IMG/VR virus record: IMGVR_UViG_3300023184_006193
Coordinates: 1-64,000 of that record
Length of the DNA: 64,000 nucleotides
Strand: one strand, 5' to 3'
Source: a virus
Within the stretch, counting starts at the first letter, position 1. Each line of letters begins with the position of its first letter. Shown one piece after another: positions 31,334 to 40,212 of the stretch. A program made the position numbers and the translations under genes. Under the pieces are notes generated by a model. It worked only from the letters and a program-made list of their open reading frames with translations, made no database searches and was not told where the DNA came from.

Positions 31334-32131
31334 TTATACTAGATAGCTACTTGATTGACTTATCAAGTGCAATTGTTCATTGAAATAATTTTGAAATCCA
31401 TAATAATTATTTTGTAAAAATCTGACATCACTTTCATTCCATATAACTGATCTTTTATTTGCAACGTAAGTATTTTCATAATAAACATTCGCAGCAACAC
31501 TACCTACCATTAAAGTACCATATCCTACTGGAACAGGTCCACCCTCTCCAACTAAATTAACTGGTCCATTAAAAAGATAGGATTGTGGTCCACCTAATAC
31601 GCCTTGACCATCTCCAATCGAACCTTGATTTGCTGTTGTTGCTTGTTGAGCTTGAAATGGAATCTTTGGCGGTGGTTTAGACAATAGTCTAGTAACTCCA
31701 TCGGCAATTAAAGCTATGCCAGCAACAATTGCAGCTGGAGCTAAAGCTTTAGGTAAAGGATTCCAACTTTGTCCAGCGGTAGCCCCTGCTGCTACAGAGC
31801 CTATTCCACCAATAACTTCAGCATAACCCCACCAATCGTTCCAACCTGCACCAACAATACTTGGTATTAAATCAATAGATTTTAATTGGTTTTTTTTATA
31901 TACACAAAACATTTCTGATTCTGGTATTTTTAATGGATCATTTGGAATATCTAGTATTTTCTTATTCAAAACAATATGATATTCATAATTTTTATTATCA
32001 ATAATCCATTTTCTTAATTTTCTAGTATTGGCTTCTATGGCTCTAAGAGCTTCATTGACGCTAGAGACTTCAAGATTCCATTCTTTTCCAATATCTTCAC
32101 CTAATTTACCATGTAAAGTTATTTTAACCAT
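31334..32131 (-). CDS. Tail assembly protein I (lambda gpI-like)
   Basis: ITLHGKLG...EALRAI, IPSIVGAG, SYLFNGPVN...GGPVPVGYG. Confidence 0.9.
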   Translation of the reverse strand: MVKITLHGKLGEDIGKEWNLEVSSVNEALRAIEANTRKLRKWIIDNKNYEYHIVLNKKILDIPNDPLKIPESEMFCVYKKNQLKSIDLIPSIVGAGWNDWWGYAEVIGGIGSVAAGATAGQSWNPLPKALAPAAIVAGIALIADGVTRLLSKPPPKIPFQAQQATTANQGSIGDGQGVLGGPQSYLFNGPVNLVGEGGPVPVGYGTLMVGSVAANVYYENTYVANKRSVIWNESDVRFLQNNYYGFQNYFNEQLHLISQSSSYLV

Positions 32132-32135
32132 ATAT

Positions 32136-32465
32136 TTATTTACATTTAAAATAATTAAATTGATCCTGTTTTATATTATATAAAACCATATCTAACATTA
32201 AATAATTTGCACAAGATTTATCTAATCCACTAAATTCATTATTATCAATAGTGTGACTATGGTAGATATATAATATATTATAGTTGTGTTTAATATTTAA
32301 AAAATCTCCTATAGAAATTTTAAAAAAATTATTTTTTTGTTTGGATATATTTTTAGTTTTAATGCATTTTATTTTTTTATTATCTTTTACTATAAAACCA
32401 CAGCATTCATTAGGGAAATCTTCTAATGCATGTCTTTTAATGAAATTTTTAATTGTATTTTTCAT
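32136..32465 (-). CDS. JAB/MPN domain protein (lambda gpK N-terminal domain only)
   Basis: PNECCGFI...YHSH...FSGLD JAMM motif; 109 aa with no NlpC/P60 domain. Confidence 0.88.
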   Translation of the reverse strand: MKNTIKNFIKRHALEDFPNECCGFIVKDNKKIKCIKTKNISKQKNNFFKISIGDFLNIKHNYNILYIYHSHTIDNNEFSGLDKSCANYLMLDMVLYNIKQDQFNYFKCK

Positions 32466-34312
32466 TATTGAATTTGATCTAATCCAGGAAATCCTCCAAA
32501 TGGAAGAAATCCATTTAAATATTCTCCAGTAACATCTTCTGGTAAACCATGAGCATAATTATTCCAAGGATCATGAACATCTGGTCTTCTTGGCCAAGAA
32601 GCTGGGCTTCCATCTGTTAAAGCGCTTCCAGTTGCATACCAAGATGGAACAACGAGTCTTCTAAAATCACCTCCTGGTCCAGCAGCTTGATATCCAGTAA
32701 TTCTATATCTTCTATAAAAGCTCCAATAATCCCAACCTCCTCTTGACATTGGCCAAACTACTGGTCTAAAATATGGATTTTTTTGCCATCTTAATCTACA
32801 TGCGTTTATAGTCTTGGAGCATGTATCTGCACCCCAAAATTTTCTATTTGGTGGATTGTTAAAAACATCTGATGTATGATTCGTTAAACATACAAAGTAA
32901 TATTTAATTCCATGATTTTGTAAAAATACAAAATCTCCAGTTTGATAAAAAGCTCCAGTAACCCAATCTCCACTATCGCCAATTCTAAATTGTCCACTAA
33001 AATTTAATTCACTTAACGCGGTTCCTGCGTTAGAGGTAGTAGATATTAATCTCCAATTGGGCCAAATCCCTCTAGAGGGAAAAGTTATTTTATATGTTCC
33101 AGCTGCGCTACCATTTAAATTCCATGCTAATGGATATCCACTAATATCAACAACTGGATTCCAAGATGAGGCTATATTGCTATAATATTGAATTTGATAA
33201 TTATTATTAATTGTAGAAGTAGAACTAAGTGAAACTTGAGTTACTTCTGCTTGTATTGGGCCACTTAATTCTATGATTTGTTGAGCTGCATTTGAAGTAA
33301 CTGCGGTGACAGCAGTATTATCATTATTCAAAGCGGCTGCGCACTGAGCAGATGTCCCTGCGTTTAATGTATAATTTGTAAATGTCCAATTTGCCCAATT
33401 ATTATTTCCTGTATGTCTAAAATAATTAAATCCTGAAAATCTTTGTCTTGATTGAACTCCACTTAAAATTGTATTTAAAAATAACTCATCATTTTCAGTT
33501 GCAACTGGAGGAGCTTCTAGCGGAAGTGTTATTCTTCTATCTGGATTTGAGACGGATCCGTAAACTCCACTATGAATTGGATCTATTCTTTTATTATATT
33601 CATATAAACATCCTTCTCCTCTATATTCAAATGGACATTTATTAGCCAAAAGAGTTCGTCCTGGTAAAGTTAGATTTTCTAAATCTAAAATTGATACCAG
33701 GTTATATTGAAGGGTATTTTTATTTTCTAATTCTTTTCTATCCACATAATAAATATCTCTAGGTAATTCTATTTCTGTTATGGATGGGTCATCTGAATAT
33801 GGATTATAATTACCAGAAAAATTTAATGGATCTAAATATTTTAAAAAAGTCCTAATTCTTGTAAATTTTCCACCAATAATATCTCCTAATGATTGGACTT
33901 GCATTCTTATATATTTATAAAATGAATTGGTATTATTATCTGGCGAATAATTTGTTAAAGTAAGTTGTGGAGTTGGCAATGTTCCTACAGAAACATAATC
34001 GAAACCTTCAGCAACCATTGGGAATGGATAGTAATAATTATTTTGCCAATATATTTGGCCTTTATCAAATGAACCATTAGTTAAATTAAATAGATTAAAA
34101 TTATTATGACATCTTAAAATACCATTTTGCATTGGCTGACCGCTAGTATTAATATATCTTATTTGTGGATATATGTCACTTAAATCTAATTCATATAAAT
34201 AAATTGGAGTCGTTGGAGTTATGCTACTTAATTCTGTATTTAAAGAATTAGATCCACTTGTGATTGTATTAAAAACTTGAATCGCAGGAGATGATCTTGT
34301 TGGAAGTGGCAT
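32465..34312 (-). CDS. Minor tail protein L (lambda gpL-like) with large insertions
   Basis: RIRTFLKYLD, CPFEYRGEGC, DTCSKTINACRLR, PFGGFPG; four Fe-S cysteines. Confidence 0.9.
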   Translation of the reverse strand: MPLPTRSSPAIQVFNTITSGSNSLNTELSSITPTTPIYLYELDLSDIYPQIRYINTSGQPMQNGILRCHNNFNLFNLTNGSFDKGQIYWQNNYYYPFPMVAEGFDYVSVGTLPTPQLTLTNYSPDNNTNSFYKYIRMQVQSLGDIIGGKFTRIRTFLKYLDPLNFSGNYNPYSDDPSITEIELPRDIYYVDRKELENKNTLQYNLVSILDLENLTLPGRTLLANKCPFEYRGEGCLYEYNKRIDPIHSGVYGSVSNPDRRITLPLEAPPVATENDELFLNTILSGVQSRQRFSGFNYFRHTGNNNWANWTFTNYTLNAGTSAQCAAALNNDNTAVTAVTSNAAQQIIELSGPIQAEVTQVSLSSTSTINNNYQIQYYSNIASSWNPVVDISGYPLAWNLNGSAAGTYKITFPSRGIWPNWRLISTTSNAGTALSELNFSGQFRIGDSGDWVTGAFYQTGDFVFLQNHGIKYYFVCLTNHTSDVFNNPPNRKFWGADTCSKTINACRLRWQKNPYFRPVVWPMSRGGWDYWSFYRRYRITGYQAAGPGGDFRRLVVPSWYATGSALTDGSPASWPRRPDVHDPWNNYAHGLPEDVTGEYLNGFLPFGGFPGLDQIQ

Positions 34313-34313
34313 A

Positions 34314-34856
34314 TTATACTGGAACCTCTTGTAATTTAATTTTTATTGTATAATTATTATAAGAATTATAATTTACTGTCCAGGATGGGGCTGTAAATCT
34401 TGTATTAAAATTTGTTTTACTGTAAATCGTTGGAACATTGTAAACAAATGAAGTTTGCGCGTTCATTTGATTTAAAAAATGCAATATAGAGATTGCTTCT
34501 GGTTCTTTTCTGTTTTCAAAATTAGCGTCAAAACCTACTAAGTTTGTATTTATTCCATCTGGTACTCTTTGTTGGTATCCATTACCAAATGTCATTATTT
34601 TTACTCTTGGCTCGAGAGATATTGATGTTTGGTAAGATGGTTTCCAGAAGAAATTCGGAACTAAAGTATTATTAATACTTATATATCCATCCCATTCTAC
34701 TTGAAGATTGGCTGTCGAGGTTGGGTTGTTTGCTACTCCAATATTATTATTTATAACAGAATAATAATATCTACCATTAGATCCAGAAACTATATTATAT
34801 TTAATATAATTAACTGTACTAGACCAGCCAGAAACTGTATCGTATATACTTGCCAT
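34314..34856 (-). CDS. Minor tail protein M (lambda gpM-like) with an N-terminal extension
   Basis: FFWKPS...PRVKIMTFGNGYQQRVPDGIN. Confidence 0.88.
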   Translation of the reverse strand: MASIYDTVSGWSSTVNYIKYNIVSGSNGRYYYSVINNNIGVANNPTSTANLQVEWDGYISINNTLVPNFFWKPSYQTSISLEPRVKIMTFGNGYQQRVPDGINTNLVGFDANFENRKEPEAISILHFLNQMNAQTSFVYNVPTIYSKTNFNTRFTAPSWTVNYNSYNNYTIKIKLQEVPV

Positions 34857-34877
34857 AACCTTATACCTTTTAAATAA

Positions 34878-34900
34878 TTACACTTGTTTTAATGGTGTAA
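34878..34900. promoter_or_regulatory. Back-to-back divergent GTGTAA elements
   Basis: TTACAC at 34878-34883 (minus strand, towards M) and GTGTAA at 34895-34900 (9 nt before ATG 34910). Confidence 0.75.
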
Positions 34901-34909
34901 TTATATTAA

Positions 34910-35707
34910 ATGGCTATCTTTTCTTCTAAACAAAATCAAAATATTTATTTAAATGGACAGTTTGTATCTGGAGTTCAGTCTTTAGGGGTATCTTATGATA
35001 CCAATATAGTGCCTTCTTTAGCTTTAGGCGATACTGGATTTAATTATCTTGTTAATAATCAAAATAAATCTTCTATAAGTTTAGAGTACGTCCCATCAAA
35101 TATTGATCCAATTCTTTCTTTTACTGGAGAAAATATAATAAGTGGAATGTTGGGATATGCTGATAAATATATAAATTTTAATAGTGGTTATTTAACTAGA
35201 TATAATATTAAAACTTCTATTGATAATCCTGTAGTTTGCCGTGCGGATATAGATGTTTATGGTCAATTTGGAGAACAGACTGGAATAAGAAATAATAATT
35301 CAATTAATTATAATATAACTCCATATGATCTATGTTATACTGATATAACTTTTAACGAAGTCCTAACAAATAGATTGATTTCTTTTGAAATGAATATATC
35401 TACTAGCCGTATTCCTCAGTATGATGTAGGCCAATATTATCCAAGCGAAGTTCTTGTACAATATCCTATAAGAATAGATTTTAATTTTGAATTAGATATT
35501 GATAATTATATTATGCCAAATATAAAATCATTTTTATTAAACGAAGATATAAGATCTATGCGAATAAATTTTAAAAATTATTCTACATTAAATAACGTAT
35601 TATCTTTTAATTTTGATAATATAGTTAAAAACAATGAAAGTTTAAATATAAATGTTTCTGAAAACGGAAAAGCTTCTATTGCGTTTTCCACTTATATATT
35701 GAGTTAA
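34910..35707 (+). CDS. Second tail-tube-fold protein (baseplate tube / minor tube paralog)
   Basis: Collinear similarity to 16232..17371, e.g. SFEMNISTSRIPQYDVG..VQYPIRIDF versus SYTLSFDLARTPIQKLG..IDFPLTVTL. Confidence 0.65.
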   Translation: MAIFSSKQNQNIYLNGQFVSGVQSLGVSYDTNIVPSLALGDTGFNYLVNNQNKSSISLEYVPSNIDPILSFTGENIISGMLGYADKYINFNSGYLTRYNIKTSIDNPVVCRADIDVYGQFGEQTGIRNNNSINYNITPYDLCYTDITFNEVLTNRLISFEMNISTSRIPQYDVGQYYPSEVLVQYPIRIDFNFELDIDNYIMPNIKSFLLNEDIRSMRINFKNYSTLNNVLSFNFDNIVKNNESLNINVSENGKASIAFSTYILS

Positions 35708-36504
35708 ACCTTCTTTATTCTTTCTATAAGTTCAAATATCTTTGCTTTGGGAATATCTGATATTGAGTTTAAATTTTCTGCATTATCAAATTTCTCTTTA
35801 ATTAATTTTTTCTTTAATTGATCAAAATTAATGCTTTTATCTTTCATTACTTTTTCTAATAAAGCGTGAGGAGATGTTGGACTTTCATTTGTAGATGATG
35901 AGTCATCAAGTAGTTTAGCGTCTCCTAATTCTTCTTGACTTACAATATTAATTTTTAAAAAATTACGTACACATCGAACAAATGCTCTGTTTTCAGCAAT
36001 TGCAGCTAAAAAGAATCTTGCAAAGCTTTTCGTATTATTTAATGTGGCATCAGCTAGAGATTCGAAAACAATTTCTTTTCCACCAGTTTCATAATTAGGA
36101 AGCCAAGTTATTCTACAACTTGTTGCGAAATAATTCTCAGAGGCTGCTACTACTTTATATTCTACACTTGTGTATCCACGAATTTGGGCAAGCTCTTTGA
36201 TTCCACCCAAAAGAATAAGTAGATCTTTATCTTGAAGTTTAGAAACATCTGTTTCTTGTGTCTTTTGTCTATTTGGTACAAGATGTTCAGTCTTTACCAT
36301 TTTACGCCAATTAATACTTCCATCATCATTAAAAATATAATTAAGACTCTTGTCTTCAATAAGACCGTATTTATTTCTTGTTATAAGATTTGGTGGTACC
36401 ACTTGAATAAGCTCTTCGTTTTTTTGAGAAACAACTACTGTTTCAAACAATTCCGAACTGCCAATTGAAATCGTATTTTCTTCTGTTTTAATTTTAGGAC
36501 TCAT
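35704..36504 (-). CDS. Putative Rad52/Sak-like single-strand annealing protein
   Basis: GIKELA...ADA...AIAENRAFVRCVR pattern; short helical C-terminal domain. Confidence 0.45.
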   Translation of the reverse strand: MSPKIKTEENTISIGSSELFETVVVSQKNEELIQVVPPNLITRNKYGLIEDKSLNYIFNDDGSINWRKMVKTEHLVPNRQKTQETDVSKLQDKDLLILLGGIKELAQIRGYTSVEYKVVAASENYFATSCRITWLPNYETGGKEIVFESLADATLNNTKSFARFFLAAIAENRAFVRCVRNFLKINIVSQEELGDAKLLDDSSSTNESPTSPHALLEKVMKDKSINFDQLKKKLIKEKFDNAENLNSISDIPKAKIFELIERIKKV

Positions 36505-36510
36505 TTATAG

Positions 36511-36539
36511 ATGATAACATCATTTAAAAATTTAGTCAA
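36511..36539 (-). promoter_or_regulatory. Sigma70-type promoter with extended -10
   Basis: Minus strand TTGACT-17-TATCAT with TG at the extended -10 position; ATG 6 nt downstream. Confidence 0.7.
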
Positions 36540-37710
36540 TAGTAAAAATATAAAAACTTTCCAATTCTTTGTATAAATCCCCATCATTCTTAAAATCAAA
36601 AGATTCATTTACATTTGCTGAATAGCTTTGATTATTTTTATAACTTTGGAAAGATGGATACATTTTACCTTTACTTAATAAGATTTTGGCTGATTTAAAT
36701 CTTAAATTTTGCTTTTCAAAAGATTCTATAATTTTTTTATTATCTTCTAAATTTTTTATGTTTATATTACAAAAATCCATGAGATCTAATTTATATTTTT
36801 GCACTTCTTCTTCTTCTATAAATGATATTATAGAAAACTTTATACCATTATTTCTTAAATTTTTAATAAAATCTATATCAAAATTTGAATTTTTATCAAA
36901 TATAAAAAATACAGATAAAATATTTTTCTTAAATTTTATTAATTGATTTATATTTATGGGTCTATTTGTTAGAATATTTGTTTTATATAAAGATAGAATA
37001 TTGAATAAGTGCTCTTCATTAAACACATAATCCATTCTTACGTTAGCGATATTTATATTGAATTGTGATAAATCTGGAATATGGTCTGGAATAATTTCCA
37101 ATGCTCTTAAGTGATATGCGTTTCCAAAATATACAGATTTTTGGTTTACCTTTTCTTTTAAATCTAATTTATTTAAAACCGAATTAATTATTTCTTCTGG
37201 TTTAATGAAATTAATAGTCTTTGGGTTTTCGATTGCTGCGTAAGATGGTTTTTTATTTTTTAAATCAGAAAAAATTAAATCATAATCTTTAGGATTAGAC
37301 CAGTATGGACCAGATTGATTTGGATACATATTGCAATATAGTGCTACTATTTTTTTATCAAAAGCAGATGCTAAATGCACTGGTAAACTGTCTACTCCTA
37401 AATGCAACATTGAATTCTGTATAATATAAGCTAAGTTATTGAAGTTAGTCTGTCCTTGCGTTGGGTAGCAAAGTGGTAGAGGCGCATCATCTTTGCCACC
37501 AATTTGTACGATATTTATATTATATTTATTTAATATGGGAGCTAAATTAAAAATTACTTCCTCCCAATAATCATATTCTCTAGAAGCAAATTTTCCCTTT
37601 GGATGTATAGTAATATATTTATCAAATGGTAATGGAAAAAACTCTTGATTAATATATGGTTTTGAAATTGGTACTCCGCAATTTAAAGCGTATTGTTCTA
37701 GAATGTGCAT
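36532..37710 (-). CDS. GT9-like glycosyltransferase, C-terminal half plus an extra domain
   Basis: YITIHP, IVQIGG, LHLGVDSLPVHLASAFDKKIVALY; lacks the N-terminal GD motif. Confidence 0.75.
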   Translation of the reverse strand: MHILEQYALNCGVPISKPYINQEFFPLPFDKYITIHPKGKFASREYDYWEEVIFNLAPILNKYNINIVQIGGKDDAPLPLCYPTQGQTNFNNLAYIIQNSMLHLGVDSLPVHLASAFDKKIVALYCNMYPNQSGPYWSNPKDYDLIFSDLKNKKPSYAAIENPKTINFIKPEEIINSVLNKLDLKEKVNQKSVYFGNAYHLRALEIIPDHIPDLSQFNINIANVRMDYVFNEEHLFNILSLYKTNILTNRPININQLIKFKKNILSVFFIFDKNSNFDIDFIKNLRNNGIKFSIISFIEEEEVQKYKLDLMDFCNINIKNLEDNKKIIESFEKQNLRFKSAKILLSKGKMYPSFQSYKNNQSYSANVNESFDFKNDGDLYKELESFYIFTID

Positions 37711-37711
37711 A

Positions 37712-39640
37712 TTATATATTAAAATTTTTAATATTAAAATCTATTTTATCTTTACCATTATGTAGATAGCTCAACATTCTTTGAGTACCAAAATGTGGAA
37801 GAAATGCCATTTCAAAGTAACCTTCATGATCACCAGCACCCTCAAGCCACATCAAATTATCCATTTGTTGAATATATGGTATTATTTTATGAATATATTC
37901 ATTTCCATTTAAAATGGAAAAATATTCTTGTTTTGTTGCGAAGTATATATTATATTCTGGATAAGTATTTTTTAAAGAGGGTAGTAGGCTAGTTGCCATA
38001 AATACGTCTCCAGCACTCTCTGGCATTACTATTAGAATTCTTTTTCCTTTATCATTTGGATCTAGAATGTCTTCAAATGGAACTTGTTTACTTTTATTTA
38101 AATCATCAAAAGCTACTTTTCTAAAATAACTTTCGATATCAGATCTTTGCATACCTTTACTTATTTGATCCATCCAATGTTTAAATCCAGAATCATTTTC
38201 ATCAATATTTTTTAAACATAAAATGTTATGATACAACGATAAAATCCATTCTTTATCGTCTTTAAAATTTTCTATAATTGCATTTGGATTTTTTTCTACT
38301 TGTGCAAAATTAAAATCATAGTTTATATTTGGTGCAGAATCTATAAAAGATTCAATTTGTCCACCAACGCTTTCTACTGAAAAGTTTTTAATAGTCCATT
38401 CTCTAGCTTTTTTGCCCATTTCAATTTTTTCAGACTTTGGCATTTTATATACTTTATTTAAATTTTTAGCTATTGAATGGGGATATGTAGACGCTTTTCT
38501 GAACTCTGTTCCATGCTCTCTATATTCTGACCACTCTAATGGTATGGATGCTGCTTCTTTCTCGCACATTTCTTCTCCACAAGAATAATCTGTAACAAGA
38601 GTGATTAATTCTGTTAATTTTGCTTCTTGAATTGGGATTTCTTGTCCACCGCTGGTAAATGGGTGACAATAAACATCCATTAGATTATATACTTCATTTA
38701 GTTGTTCTTCTGTGACTCCAATCGAAACATTTGTAGTTATTTGGCTTTTTTCTGCTCCACAAAATTTACAATTTAAATCTTGACCAGTGAAATTTTTAAT
38801 TTCATACTCTCCGCAATTCCTACAAATATAAGTTGTTAAAATTTCAGCTGGATTAACATTCAATTCTTGACATAATTTATGTATATTCCATCCTTCTCCC
38901 CAATGGGTATGGAGAAGTAAAAATGTATTATTGATTTGTGGATTTTCTTTTTTCCATAAAGCGTATCCCTCTAAAAGATTAGGGACACTTTTCCTAAGTT
39001 GATTTCTAAAAACAAATCCTATAATAAATGCATCTTGCGGTAAATTGTATTTATTTCTTATTTTTTTTCTATCAAAATCTGATAATCTGTAAAAATCTTT
39101 CGATTCCAAACATCCATGAATTGTTCTAACATGTTTATGCCCCATATTATTCAATGCTTTAGTAGCGAAATTACTCCAAATCCAATAATTTTTTACTTTT
39201 CCTGCGCAATTTATTGCTGAATCTAAAATTGGAAGTGAATCTAAAGTCGTCCATATTACTGAATTAATTTTATCAAACCAAGGTTTATCTATAGCAAAAT
39301 CAACTCCCCAAATATCCTGCACGGCAATATAAACATCTGGTTTCTCTTGTTCTATTATTCTATCTAAATAATGCGCTCCATAGCTAGCCATTCGAGCCAT
39401 ATGTGGATCTCTATTTAATTGTTCAAGTTCTTGGGGATTATCTGGAAGCGAACCAAAACTTTTCCATGGAGTTCTTTTTAATTCTGGATGACTCCAAGTC
39501 ATTCCACACGCATAGTGAACTAAATCATATTTATTTGAATTATATAAATACTTTAAGAGAGTTTTTGCACTTCTTCCGAAGCCAGTTTTGGCAAGGGAAA
39601 AATCAGTTTGTATTAAAACTTTTTTCTTTTTATTCACCAA
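37712..39640 (-). CDS. Multidomain glycosyltransferase: GT4 + Zn ribbon + helical module + GT9 N-terminal half
   Basis: TGFGR, RNQLRK, YNLMDVY..PFTSGGQEIPIQEA (GT4); CxxC..CxxC; ILIVMPESAGDVFMATSLL. Confidence 0.8.
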   Translation of the reverse strand: MVNKKKKVLIQTDFSLAKTGFGRSAKTLLKYLYNSNKYDLVHYACGMTWSHPELKRTPWKSFGSLPDNPQELEQLNRDPHMARMASYGAHYLDRIIEQEKPDVYIAVQDIWGVDFAIDKPWFDKINSVIWTTLDSLPILDSAINCAGKVKNYWIWSNFATKALNNMGHKHVRTIHGCLESKDFYRLSDFDRKKIRNKYNLPQDAFIIGFVFRNQLRKSVPNLLEGYALWKKENPQINNTFLLLHTHWGEGWNIHKLCQELNVNPAEILTTYICRNCGEYEIKNFTGQDLNCKFCGAEKSQITTNVSIGVTEEQLNEVYNLMDVYCHPFTSGGQEIPIQEAKLTELITLVTDYSCGEEMCEKEAASIPLEWSEYREHGTEFRKASTYPHSIAKNLNKVYKMPKSEKIEMGKKAREWTIKNFSVESVGGQIESFIDSAPNINYDFNFAQVEKNPNAIIENFKDDKEWILSLYHNILCLKNIDENDSGFKHWMDQISKGMQRSDIESYFRKVAFDDLNKSKQVPFEDILDPNDKGKRILIVMPESAGDVFMATSLLPSLKNTYPEYNIYFATKQEYFSILNGNEYIHKIIPYIQQMDNLMWLEGAGDHEGYFEMAFLPHFGTQRMLSYLHNGKDKIDFNIKNFNI

Positions 39641-40176
39641 AGATCGCCTTCTGCTTCTACATTTGATGTTGCGTCGGTAGATTCAGTCTTTCTATTCTTC
39701 AATCTTTTAATATTTTCTACTTCTTGTTGATGAAAAGTTGAATGCAATGCGAATTTTAGAAACTCCTTAATAAGTGAAGCTTCGTTGAAATAAAATCCAA
39801 TTAAATAAGATTGTTTATTTTCGCTATTTTGCTTATCTTCTTTATTTACTGAATAAGAATATCCTACTTGTTTATCATCTTTAATATACGGACAGAACTT
39901 AATTCTTGTGGTTTGCTTTTCAGAAGTATGATAAGCAGAAAATTCTACATTTCTTTCGATTGCGTCTAAAATTCCAGCTGCTTCAGTTAGGGAGAATTTA
40001 ATTTTAACACTTTTATTGGGGTTATTTTGATTCTCTGAAAATGAACCGATTTTCTTGGCATCATTCCAAGACGATTGTTTAATTAATGATCCCCATATAG
40101 AGGCATCTTTTGTATTTACTGTGAAGCTGCAAGCTGTTCCAGTATTTTTGCTGTTTGGTTTATAGAATGAAATCAT
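39634..40176 (-). CDS. Putative single-stranded DNA-binding protein (start likely 40176)
   Basis: Beta-rich, aromatic, with an acidic tail ending in an aromatic residue (EAEGDLW); next to the polymerase, own promoter. Confidence 0.4.
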   Translation of the reverse strand: MISFYKPNSKNTGTACSFTVNTKDASIWGSLIKQSSWNDAKKIGSFSENQNNPNKSVKIKFSLTEAAGILDAIERNVEFSAYHTSEKQTTRIKFCPYIKDDKQVGYSYSVNKEDKQNSENKQSYLIGFYFNEASLIKEFLKFALHSTFHQQEVENIKRLKNRKTESTDATSNVEAEGDLW

Positions 40177-40183
40177 ATAGCTT

Positions 40184-40212
40184 ATATTATAGCAAGTATA
40201 ATTAAATGTCAA
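40184..40212 (-). promoter_or_regulatory. Sigma70-type promoter
   Basis: Minus strand TTGACA followed by TGcTATAAT (15-nt spacer; 17 nt to the overlapping TAATAT). Confidence 0.65.
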
